This document shows positions 9,821 to 18,713 of a DNA stretch of 64,000 bases, one piece after another. Position 1 is the first letter of the stretch; each line of letters opens with the position of its first letter. Source of the stretch: an uncultured Candidatus Sumerlaeota bacterium (GTDB lineage: Bacteria; Sumerlaeota; Sumerlaeia; SLMS01); the NCBI GenBank assembly GCA_964437365.1, contig CAYTGM010000021.1:2522-66521 (forward strand), read 5' to 3'. The notes under the pieces were generated by a model that saw only the letters and a program-made list of their open reading frames with translations, was not told the origin of the DNA and did not search any database. The position numbers and the translations under genes were made by a program.

Positions 9821-11017
9821 TCAATTGGTCATGCCTAGAGACACCGTAACCATTCTCTCTTTATCATTGTCCAGGGTACTGACTAGAAGGTGTTCAGGAT
9901 CAAGGAAGGGGATCCCTTCTTTCTCGTTATAGTATGATATAAAACTGTCCGACAGCTCATCAGTAAATCTACGTCGAGCATCCCTGTTCATGTGAAGTAA
10001 GTCAGGGTAATTCTCATCTTCCGGCTGATAGTTCACAGAGATATAGTCTGCACCCCAACTCGTCGCATTCTCGAAAAAACTCCCATAGTCATCCTCACTT
10101 AGTATTTCATTATATATATCACGAAGTGGACTTGAAATGGGCATTCGAAAGAAAACGAATTCACCTCCCTTTCCTTCAACGTACTCTACGACCTCTCTCA
10201 ATGAGCACTTTTCCCAATCCGGTTCGTTGGTCGGGATCGACCCGATGAAGAGATCGGGATTAATTTGATTAGACTTATCAGCTCTTGAGACGAGAGATTC
10301 CCTCAGTTTAAGGATTCTATTGCGACATGAATTAACAGCTTTGTTATCCGTCCTGATCCCACCGGCCTCTGCAATATTGACTTTTACCGATCTCGAAGGC
10401 TCTTTGTTTACCCTGTTGATTACATTATTCTCTATTAACTTGGTCATTTTGCGGAACAGACCGATACGAAAGTAGTAACGCTTCGTATATAAGTCAGAAT
10501 CCTGAAAGCCATGGAGAACTGACAACCTCAATTTCGACTCCAGATCATAGTCACTATCCGACCAGAGTCGATCGAAGGATTCATCATTCAGGAGTCCGGC
10601 AAGCATTCGATCGTCGAAATCATTATATGTCCAGGCCCCTCGGTTATTCCAACTACCAATTCCATTCGGAGCTTCCATCAAGACGTAGGAGCCCTGGAGT
10701 GCTCCAGGTTGCTTATTCTCCAGTGCTTTCAATGCGAACAGGTACTGGAACATTGTCGTCGAGCCATACCCGCCATTAACGACACCCTTTAACTCAGATA
10801 AGTGTTCCCCACCACGCTTTTGAAGCTTCTCCCGAAATTGATCAGCATCAATACCTGCCGCTACTCGAGAGTTGCCCAGAAACAGAATATCAACTTCTTC
10901 CAGTGCTAAAGCTGGAAGGCCTTTGGAATCACCGTAGACCTTCCAGTTTCGAATGGCAAGTTCACCCACCAGGAAAATAGCAAGTGGGATTAGAATCCAA
11001 CAACAAACAGCTTTCAT
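9821..11017 (-). CDS. Membrane-anchored SGNH-like protein, paralogue of 5569-6714
   Basis: LFLGNSR, TTMFQY, KRYYFRIG, GGIRTD and PDLLHM shared with 5569-6714. Confidence 0.6.
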   Translation of the reverse strand: MKAVCCWILIPLAIFLVGELAIRNWKVYGDSKGLPALALEEVDILFLGNSRVAAGIDADQFREKLQKRGGEHLSELKGVVNGGYGSTTMFQYLFALKALENKQPGALQGSYVLMEAPNGIGSWNNRGAWTYNDFDDRMLAGLLNDESFDRLWSDSDYDLESKLRLSVLHGFQDSDLYTKRYYFRIGLFRKMTKLIENNVINRVNKEPSRSVKVNIAEAGGIRTDNKAVNSCRNRILKLRESLVSRADKSNQINPDLFIGSIPTNEPDWEKCSLREVVEYVEGKGGEFVFFRMPISSPLRDIYNEILSEDDYGSFFENATSWGADYISVNYQPEDENYPDLLHMNRDARRRFTDELSDSFISYYNEKEGIPFLDPEHLLVSTLDNDKERMVTVSLGMTN

Positions 11018-11079
11018 AATTTGTCACCCTGTAATTGTGTCTAGAGGGACGATTACAGACAGACAAATATTAGGCAGGC

Positions 11080-12774
11080 TTATTCTTCGTCGGTAACGCA
11101 CCCCTCCGACGCGGATTTCACAAGACGAATATATTTCGCCAGAGTTCCGCGGGTCGCCTTATAAGGCGGCATTTTCCACTCTTCCCTGCGCTTTTCCAAC
11201 TCTGTTTCAACAATGTCAACAGTGAGAGAGTTTGAATCTGCATCAATCGTGATCATATCGCCGTTCCTGATAAGAGCAATGGGACCGCCTTCCTGCGCTT
11301 CTGGACAGATATGACCCACGATAAAACCGTGTGATCCACCAGAAAAGCGTCCATCAGTTAGCAGGGCTACATCTTTACCCATACCAGCACCCATAATCGC
11401 TGCAGTAGGGGAGAGCATCTCCGGCATCCCCGGACCGCCTTTAGGACCTTCATACCTGATCACCACCACATCACCTTTTTTGATCTTCTTCTGCTCAAAA
11501 GCTTCGATCATCTCTTCTTCGGAGTCAAAAACGTTCGCTGGCCCTGTAAATTTGAGACCTTCCTTGCCGGTGATTTTTGCAACAGCTCCTTCAGGAGCGA
11601 GATTCCCCTTAAGAATCTGTATATGCCCTGTCTTCTTGATAGGATCTTCAAGAGGCTTCACAATCGGTTGATCTTTACTTAGCCCGGGAACATCCGCGAG
11701 ATTTTCAGCAACTGTTTTCCCCGTAACCGTCATACAATCCCCATGAAGGTGACCTTTCTCCAGAAGGTATTTCATCACACCGGGTATGCCCCCGTATTGC
11801 TGAAGGTCCTCCATAACATACGCGCCACTTGGTTTCAGATCCGCCAGCATTGGTGTCTTATCGCTCAACTTCTGTATATCATCGATGGTAAAATCAACTT
11901 CCACAGACTTCGCCATCGCAAGAAGATGGAGCACCGCATTTGTAGAACCACCTAATGCAGCAGCAACGACAAACGCATTCTCAAAAGCTTTGCGCGTCAT
12001 AATATCCCGCGGTTTGAGATCTAATTTCAGAAGATTGAGCATCGCTTCTTTCGCTGTTAGACACTCTTTTTCTTTCTGCTCCGAAGTTGCAGGTGAAGAA
12101 GCACTGTAGGGGAGAGACATGCCGAGTGCCTCAATTGCTGAAGCCATGGTATTCGCTGTGTACATACCACCACAGGCGCCAGGACCGGGACAGGCATTGC
12201 GAATGATCCCTTTTCGCTGCTCTTCCGTAATCTGGCCGCTTACGCATGCGCCATAAGCCTGAAAGGCTGAAACAACATCGAGTTTCTCGTCACCAAGATG
12301 CCCAGCCCTGATCGTTCCTCCGTATATCATGATAGATGGTCGGTTCAGGCGACCCATCGCGATTAAACATCCCGGCATATTTTTATCACAACCGGGAAGC
12401 GCGATAAGTCCATCGTACCAGTGGGCCGTCATCGTTGTTTCGATCGAGTCCGCGATTAAATCGCGCGATTGGAGAGAGTAACTCATTCCATCAGTACCCA
12501 TGGAGATTCCGTCACTCACACCTATTGTATTGAATCGACGTGCAACCAGCTCTGAATCCTTCATCCCTTCAGCAACCTTCGCAGAAAGGTCATTCAGGTG
12601 CATGTTACAGGGATTACCTTCGTACCACATACTGGCGATGCCAACCTGAGGCTTCTTCATGTCATCCTCAGAGAGTCCTGTCGCATAGAGCATCGCCTGG
12701 CTTGCTCCCTGTCTCGCCTGCTGTGTAAGAAGTGAACTGTACTTGTTTAACTGGTTGGTATCCGTCTGACTCAT
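11080..12774 (-). CDS. ilvD: Dihydroxy-acid dehydratase
   Basis: [54 protein letters not shown]. Confidence 0.97.
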   Translation of the reverse strand: MSQTDTNQLNKYSSLLTQQARQGASQAMLYATGLSEDDMKKPQVGIASMWYEGNPCNMHLNDLSAKVAEGMKDSELVARRFNTIGVSDGISMGTDGMSYSLQSRDLIADSIETTMTAHWYDGLIALPGCDKNMPGCLIAMGRLNRPSIMIYGGTIRAGHLGDEKLDVVSAFQAYGACVSGQITEEQRKGIIRNACPGPGACGGMYTANTMASAIEALGMSLPYSASSPATSEQKEKECLTAKEAMLNLLKLDLKPRDIMTRKAFENAFVVAAALGGSTNAVLHLLAMAKSVEVDFTIDDIQKLSDKTPMLADLKPSGAYVMEDLQQYGGIPGVMKYLLEKGHLHGDCMTVTGKTVAENLADVPGLSKDQPIVKPLEDPIKKTGHIQILKGNLAPEGAVAKITGKEGLKFTGPANVFDSEEEMIEAFEQKKIKKGDVVVIRYEGPKGGPGMPEMLSPTAAIMGAGMGKDVALLTDGRFSGGSHGFIVGHICPEAQEGGPIALIRNGDMITIDADSNSLTVDIVETELEKRREEWKMPPYKATRGTLAKYIRLVKSASEGCVTDEE

Positions 12775-12918
12775 GATTCAATGTCCTTAGTTTCGAGCTC
12801 TTTGCTTGCTCATTACATCAGTTTCCAAGCAGAAAAGGGGGTGCCGGGTACCATGCGCAACTCGAAAGACACAAAGCACAAGGATTCACTGCTGTTGTTA
12901 TGGGTTGAAGGATAAAGG

Positions 12919-13944
12919 ATGAACCATCTGATGAAAGAACTCATAAGAGGGATTCAGTCTTTTCCCCTCTTTATCACACTCATGATGATTCCCCAGTATC
13001 TTCCAGCAGAGGTATTCAACCTGATGACCGTGAAAGGTCCTCTACAGGTTACCACTCCTGGCCTCGTACTTCCTCATGAACATCTTCTTGTAGATTTTAC
13101 CAGAGCGGAAGAACCTTCCCTGGGGCAGTATGAAGAGGAAGAAGCATTCAATGTGATTCTTCCCTACCTTGAAAAAGCCAAGGCAGATGGAGTCTGGATG
13201 CTGATCGATTGCACACCAGAATACCTTGGAAGAAATCCCGTTTTGCTTCAGCGATTGTCGGAAAAAACTGGCATTCACATTATGACCCCAACAGGCTATT
13301 ATGCTGCAGCACGCATGCAATTCTTACCCTGGTATACCGAGGAAAGGAGTGCGGAAGAACTCGCTGACCTATGGATTCAAGAATGGAAGAATGGTATAGA
13401 CGGAACGGAAATCAGACCTGGCTTAATCAAGCTTGGTATAGATGCTTCTCCTCTCCCAGAAACAGCTGTCAAGACTCTTGAAGCTGGCGTTATAGCTTCG
13501 AGAGAGACAGGACTCACGCTCGCTTTGCACGCACCTGATGGTAAAGGCTTTCAAGAAGCTCTCAGACTTCTTCTCCAAAAAGGAGTATCTGCGGACAGGA
13601 TCATCTGGGTTCACGCAAATCTCGAAGTGAATATCGATCTCCACCTCGATGCTGCTGAAAAGGGCGTCTGGATTGAATATGATGGACTGTCACCTGAAAC
13701 GTTAGATCTCCATTTTGACCTGATTCAGAGAATGAAGAAGTCTGGCTACCTCGATCAGATTCTCATCTCTCACGATGCAGGTTGGTATTCAGTTGGAGAG
13801 GAGCGCGGGGGAGATTTCCGCTACTTTGGCGACTTAATGAATACACTCCTGCCTCTACTGAGAGAGAGTGGCTTCTCCGAGCGAGAGATACGAAAACTCT
13901 TCATGACAAACCCCACGAAAGCTTTTTCACTTGCGAACTTTTGA
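12919..13944 (+). CDS. Phosphotriesterase-family amidohydrolase
   Basis: HEH metal motif, DCTPEYLGRN, GLIKLG, WVHA, SHDAG. Confidence 0.88.
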   Translation: MNHLMKELIRGIQSFPLFITLMMIPQYLPAEVFNLMTVKGPLQVTTPGLVLPHEHLLVDFTRAEEPSLGQYEEEEAFNVILPYLEKAKADGVWMLIDCTPEYLGRNPVLLQRLSEKTGIHIMTPTGYYAAARMQFLPWYTEERSAEELADLWIQEWKNGIDGTEIRPGLIKLGIDASPLPETAVKTLEAGVIASRETGLTLALHAPDGKGFQEALRLLLQKGVSADRIIWVHANLEVNIDLHLDAAEKGVWIEYDGLSPETLDLHFDLIQRMKKSGYLDQILISHDAGWYSVGEERGGDFRYFGDLMNTLLPLLRESGFSEREIRKLFMTNPTKAFSLANF

Positions 13945-13993
13945 GGATTAGACACTCTGAGTTCAAATAATTCTTTCCTAAGGAGCAGGACAG

Positions 13994-14854
13994 ATGTTCC
14001 TGAGAATCTTCACCTTATTCTTCACCCTGGCTGTTATTCCAGTCTATGCACAAGAAGCTGAAGGAGCTTCCGAGTCTCAGGAACAGACTCAGAAAGCTCA
14101 GGAAAGGACCGAAAGACAATACAGCGAAGAGGAGAAAGAATGGATCATCATTTGGACTCCCTATGTCTGGCTGATCACAATTGATGGTGAAAGCGGGACG
14201 TCTTCAGCCTCCTCAGAATCCAGAACTGAATTTGGAGATGTGATCAAGTACCTGGAAGGAGTTTTGACTTCCTACCTTGAAGTTCGAATGAAGAGATTCA
14301 TTTTCATCTGGGATTTAAACTATCTGCAAGTCGGCACTGAAGATGACACTTCTCTTGCCGATGGCACCAAAGTCGAAGTTGATGCAGATATTTCAACCTT
14401 CATGACAGACCTCCTGTTTGGCTATCAGGTTATCGGGCCCAAGTGGAATGAGGAACCACCAGAAGACTTTCTTGACCGCATCATTGTCGACCTGCTTGCG
14501 GGGATCAGGTACGTGGACTCTGAAATAGACCTGGAAGTAGAAGCCACGCAGTCAGGCGTCACGCAGAAAATGAGTACCAATCCAGGGGAAGAGTGGATTG
14601 ATCCCGTCGTTGGTGCACAGGTTCGAGTCATGATCGTTGATGATCTATATCTGAATGTGCGTGGAGACGTCGGAGGCTTTGGAGTGGGTTCAGAGTTCAG
14701 CTGGAATGGGATGGCAACTCTGCGCTATCTCATCAACGACACGGTCTCTGTTTATGGAGGTTATCGTGTACTTGATATAGACTACGACGATAATGACTAT
14801 ATCTTCAATAACCGAATTGAAGGTCCACTGCTTGGATTTGCCTTATCATTCTAG
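13994..14854 (+). CDS. Outer-membrane beta-barrel protein, function unknown
   Basis: Signal peptide, TPYVW, WIDPVVG, GDVGGFGVGS, amphipathic strands, C-terminal Phe. Confidence 0.7.
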   Translation: MFLRIFTLFFTLAVIPVYAQEAEGASESQEQTQKAQERTERQYSEEEKEWIIIWTPYVWLITIDGESGTSSASSESRTEFGDVIKYLEGVLTSYLEVRMKRFIFIWDLNYLQVGTEDDTSLADGTKVEVDADISTFMTDLLFGYQVIGPKWNEEPPEDFLDRIIVDLLAGIRYVDSEIDLEVEATQSGVTQKMSTNPGEEWIDPVVGAQVRVMIVDDLYLNVRGDVGGFGVGSEFSWNGMATLRYLINDTVSVYGGYRVLDIDYDDNDYIFNNRIEGPLLGFALSF

Positions 14855-14872
14855 GCGTCTGCCAAAGGAACA

Positions 14873-15712
14873 TTGATGAAACTTATATCCCTGCCCGTGC
14901 TTCTAGTTCTTATTTCGAGTGCTTCTGCTCAATCTCCAGATGAGGAAAGCAATCAAGAAGAGTCCATCAACACTGAATCAGTGGAAACTGTGGAGTCTTC
15001 AGAGCAGACAGGAGGTCAAGACCTTTCCCAGGCAGCCAACGACCCTACCGCTTCCTTAACTTCAGTCCAGCTTGAATACAAAGCCGTTACAGAGTTTCAT
15101 AATCTCGATGATGAAGAATCAGGCGTTATTCAATTTCGATCTGCCATTCCGTTTACGACGGGAGAGCTCAACCACATCGGACGAATCACCGTTCCTCTCG
15201 TGACGGATAATCCATCCGGAGGAGAAGGTATCGGTGACGTTTCTATTTTTGATCTGGTTGTCTTTGATGAAGATTGGGGGCGCTGGGGGGTTGGTATAGA
15301 CTCTCTTCTTCCTACTGCTACTGACGACGCTCTCGCTTCTGAAAAGTGGGCCGTAGGTCCGGCAGCAGGATTTATTGCCCAGGAAGGCAAACTTCTCTGG
15401 GGTGCCTTTAATCAAAACGTCTTCACCGTGGCAGGGAATGATGACAAAGAAGATATCAATGCTTCCATTGTTCAACCTATCATCAACTACTCCTTACCCG
15501 ATGGATGGGCCGTAGGTACTTCTGAGATGAACTTCACCTACAATTGGGAAAAGGGGGAATGGGCAACAATACCTCTGGGAGCAAAACTCACAAAGCTCTA
15601 CAAAGCGGGCGACACACCGATTCAAACCTTCCTGACAGCTGAGCACAATTTTGCCGACAGCAATGTAGCACCAGAATGGACTTTCAGTGTCGGATTTAAG
15701 GTTTTATTCTAG
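14873..15712 (+). CDS. Outer-membrane beta-barrel / putative channel protein
   Basis: Signal peptide, AANDPTA, GIGD, PTATD..L..EKWAVGP, QPIINY, C-terminal Phe; co-oriented with 13994-14854. Confidence 0.65.
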   Translation: MMKLISLPVLLVLISSASAQSPDEESNQEESINTESVETVESSEQTGGQDLSQAANDPTASLTSVQLEYKAVTEFHNLDDEESGVIQFRSAIPFTTGELNHIGRITVPLVTDNPSGGEGIGDVSIFDLVVFDEDWGRWGVGIDSLLPTATDDALASEKWAVGPAAGFIAQEGKLLWGAFNQNVFTVAGNDDKEDINASIVQPIINYSLPDGWAVGTSEMNFTYNWEKGEWATIPLGAKLTKLYKAGDTPIQTFLTAEHNFADSNVAPEWTFSVGFKVLF

Positions 15713-15986
15713 AAGATAGACCTCTCAGAAAAAATCGAGAGGACTCAGCCAAGTACCTCGCGAATAATCTACTATGCAAAAAGTCTAATACGATCCCACA
15801 AATGGTTCATCCAGCGCCGGTGATGTCTGGAAAATCAATCAATAACGCTCACAAACATTAGAATGCGCTCAAAACAAAAGGGTTTCACCTTGACAAGTCT
15901 TTCGGCGCGTGAAGATTCTCACGTTCTCACATAGTTATGGTATGACTCAGTTAACATCACGTTGCTTAAAGTTCGGAGACAAGGCT

Positions 15987-16436
15987 ATGCGTTCTACCCA
16001 AACGTATCAGCACATCATCATCCCCACAAAAATGCAGGAACAGGCCCTTCTCAGGGCATCTCGCCCGCTTCTTCTCAATTACCTATGGCACGTCCTTCAC
16101 AATCTTGACTGTCAGCTGATACAATTCAACGGTGCTGAAGACCATGTTCATCTCCTCGTCAAAGTCGCACCGACTCTCTCACTAAATGAAGTCATGACTA
16201 AGTTGATCAACTCGAGCAGTTATTGGATGACAGAAAACGAGAATTTTCCAGGCTTCTCAGGTTGGTCAGAAGAATGGATCTCCTTCGAGGTTTCCAGCAG
16301 CGACAAGCAGGCTGCCAGTAATTACATAAACAATCAGGATCGTATCCACAAGAGAGAGTCTTACTTTGAAGAGCTGAGTCGACTTATCCTGCAGAGTGAC
16401 TCTCCCCAGAGCGATCCTGTTTCAAGCGTAGGATAA
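15987..16436 (+). CDS. IS200/IS605-type Y1 (HUH) transposase-like protein, diverged, no TnpB
   Basis: DHVHLL (HUH) and YINNQ (catalytic Tyr helix); GGAG RBS before ATG 15987 (ORF track starts at 15909). Confidence 0.8.
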   Translation: MRSTQTYQHIIIPTKMQEQALLRASRPLLLNYLWHVLHNLDCQLIQFNGAEDHVHLLVKVAPTLSLNEVMTKLINSSSYWMTENENFPGFSGWSEEWISFEVSSSDKQAASNYINNQDRIHKRESYFEELSRLILQSDSPQSDPVSSVG

Positions 16437-16444
16437 CTCGCGGG

Positions 16445-17290
16445 CTATTCTCCTGTATTTGTCGGAGACGATTTCCATAGGTTGGCCCAGCCTACTCCGC
16501 GAGCCGGACGTGAAATTACTGGCAATTCAGCGATCAGCAGTGCCTCTGCGTTCACACCATGAGGTCCTTCCATCCAGCATTCTCCATCAGGCCCGTAAAT
16601 CAGAGATGATCCTATACAGTTATATCCCTTCCAGGGACCATCTACCACAGGACCTACATTGCTGCATCCTGCGATCGGTATTTGAAAATCTTTGGCGACA
16701 GGCTGATAAGCTTTATGCCAGATCAGTCCATATGGGTCCTTAACAGGATTGTGCCCCGGAGGAGTTGCCCAGGCACTGGGGGAGAGGATTAGATCCGCCT
16801 GCATATACCCGAGGGACTTCAGAAGGCTGTAATCCTGAGCAAAAGCATCTGCACAGATCAGGACACCGATCCTACCCAAAGCAGTCTCTGCTGTCTCTAG
16901 AGACTGTCCGGCGTCGTAAATACTGTGACCGATTTCGAGTTCATTGAGCTTGCGATGCCGAAGCAAAATTTCTCCCTCTTCTGAAATGAGTATAGCAGAG
17001 TTATAGACATTTTCTCCATCCCGTTCCGTAAGACCAGCACACAGTATAACCTGATAATTCCTGGCGTAGGTCCGATACGCTGCTGCCACTGGTCCATCAG
17101 GAATTGAGGAAGCAAGATCTCTGGCATCAGGGTGTGTCCACCCGATATCCATCGCCTCTGGCAGGAGAACGATATCAGCCCCGTTTTCTGCGGCGATTGC
17201 CACAAGCTCTCCTGCTCGTGCGAGGTTATCACGCCGATTGCCCCACTGAACACGCATTTGAATGAGAGCTAGTTTTACCTGTCTTTTCAT
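16445..17290 (-). CDS. Carbon-nitrogen hydrolase (nitrilase superfamily)
   Basis: Glu-Lys-Cys triad: LLPE, HRK, ICAD. Confidence 0.9.
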   Translation of the reverse strand: MKRQVKLALIQMRVQWGNRRDNLARAGELVAIAAENGADIVLLPEAMDIGWTHPDARDLASSIPDGPVAAAYRTYARNYQVILCAGLTERDGENVYNSAILISEEGEILLRHRKLNELEIGHSIYDAGQSLETAETALGRIGVLICADAFAQDYSLLKSLGYMQADLILSPSAWATPPGHNPVKDPYGLIWHKAYQPVAKDFQIPIAGCSNVGPVVDGPWKGYNCIGSSLIYGPDGECWMEGPHGVNAEALLIAELPVISRPARGVGWANLWKSSPTNTGE

Positions 17291-17465
17291 AAACCCTTTC
17301 CTTCACTAAACCTGAACAGGACTGATAAGGCCTTCCCATGGAAGGGCTCAAAAGCCAAGTCGAAAGAGAAACACAACTAGTGGGGCTTTTTCGTTGATCC
17401 TGAACAACTTACTCGATATGAAATTCCCTTGGAATCGTAAATTCGATTTTAGAGAGAGAATTCAT

Positions 17466-18623
17466 ATGATCAGATTATCTATGCTTCTTGCCTTCGCAGG
17501 CATGTTGTCAGCTCCTGCATGGGCAGAATTCAAGATCCACTCGAAGGAAGATTACGAATCGGGCCAGTTCAAGTCTGGAGTTCAGTATCTCTTCCAGGCA
17601 GGAAGGTTCAACACACGCGTTATTTCCTATGACAGTATTCAAGACGTCGACCTCAAGCAAGGTATCGCAGGCGAAGTCTGTGGGGATTATGGCATCGAGT
17701 TCTCCACCTCACCCTCACAGCGATTTCTCTCTGTTGTCAGTCCAACAAAGCTGAATCGCGAACTACTGGGTGATAACGGGGCAGCTCTTTTTCAAGCCGA
17801 CATTTTTGTTCCCGCAGGCGTAAGTGCCTCTCACAGCGCAGCCGTCGCTACGTTCAACGATACCGATGACAAGCCCATCGAAACGGGAGCCAGCATCTGG
17901 AACTTATATCGCCTTGGTTCCGTCGAAAATTCAAAAGCATACTTCTCTTTTACCGATGGAGGAGCATCCGCAAAAATCTATCTCCATGAAGATATTAAGA
18001 CTTCAGAGGATCTCAGTGGTGGTTGGCATCGATTCCAGCTTCTCTTTGTCGGTCAGGAAGAGATCTATTGCTATATAGACGGAATTCAAACCACTTTCTC
18101 ACCGATCATCGACGGTAGTCTGACAAACTTAAGACCGGGATTCTTTATCTCCTCACCTCAGAACGCTCCTTTCAAAGTTTACGCAGATAACCTGACAATC
18201 ATGTGGTCGAAGAATGCTCAAACACCCGTCCCGGCTCCTCCATGGATCACTGATGAAGAGAAAGTTGAAGCTTCTTCTGTAGAATGGCTGGTTGATCCCA
18301 TTATCGCCCAAAGAAAATCTTATGAATCGGGAAAACCGCTTCTGTATCTCTTCTGTAATCCCTCAAGCGTTGGTTACCAGGAACTTACCAATAATATTTT
18401 TCGATCGAATGACGAAGCACAAACCCTTCTATCTGAATTTATTCTGCTTCGTGTAGACATTAACGAGAAAAGAGGCCAGCAAATGGCTCGCGATATGTCG
18501 ATTGATCGTGTCCCCAGCATTCTTGTTCAAGGAACAAACGACGAGGAGAAAGCTCGTTTCACCATGGACAGCAACCCAACCTGGAACGAAATATCGGATC
18601 CACTTAAGCAAACATTGAATTGA
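17466..18623 (+). CDS. Secreted protein with lectin/LamG-like beta domain and C-terminal thioredoxin-like domain lacking CxxC
   Basis: Signal peptide from ATG 17466; GWHRF...CYIDG; C-terminal GKPLLYLF...RVD...IDRVPSILV. Confidence 0.55.
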   Translation: MIRLSMLLAFAGMLSAPAWAEFKIHSKEDYESGQFKSGVQYLFQAGRFNTRVISYDSIQDVDLKQGIAGEVCGDYGIEFSTSPSQRFLSVVSPTKLNRELLGDNGAALFQADIFVPAGVSASHSAAVATFNDTDDKPIETGASIWNLYRLGSVENSKAYFSFTDGGASAKIYLHEDIKTSEDLSGGWHRFQLLFVGQEEIYCYIDGIQTTFSPIIDGSLTNLRPGFFISSPQNAPFKVYADNLTIMWSKNAQTPVPAPPWITDEEKVEASSVEWLVDPIIAQRKSYESGKPLLYLFCNPSSVGYQELTNNIFRSNDEAQTLLSEFILLRVDINEKRGQQMARDMSIDRVPSILVQGTNDEEKARFTMDSNPTWNEISDPLKQTLN

Positions 18624-18661
18624 CCAAATCATGAACCTCCCCCGCATTTTCGTGGACTTGG

Positions 18662-18698
18662 ACAGCTGGCATGGATTTAATGCCAGCTGTTATTCTTT
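18662..18698 (+). terminator. Intrinsic terminator
   Basis: 11-bp stem acagctggcat/atgccagctgt followed by tattctttt. Confidence 0.65.
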
Positions 18699-18713
18699 TG
18701 GAGAGTACTTAAT

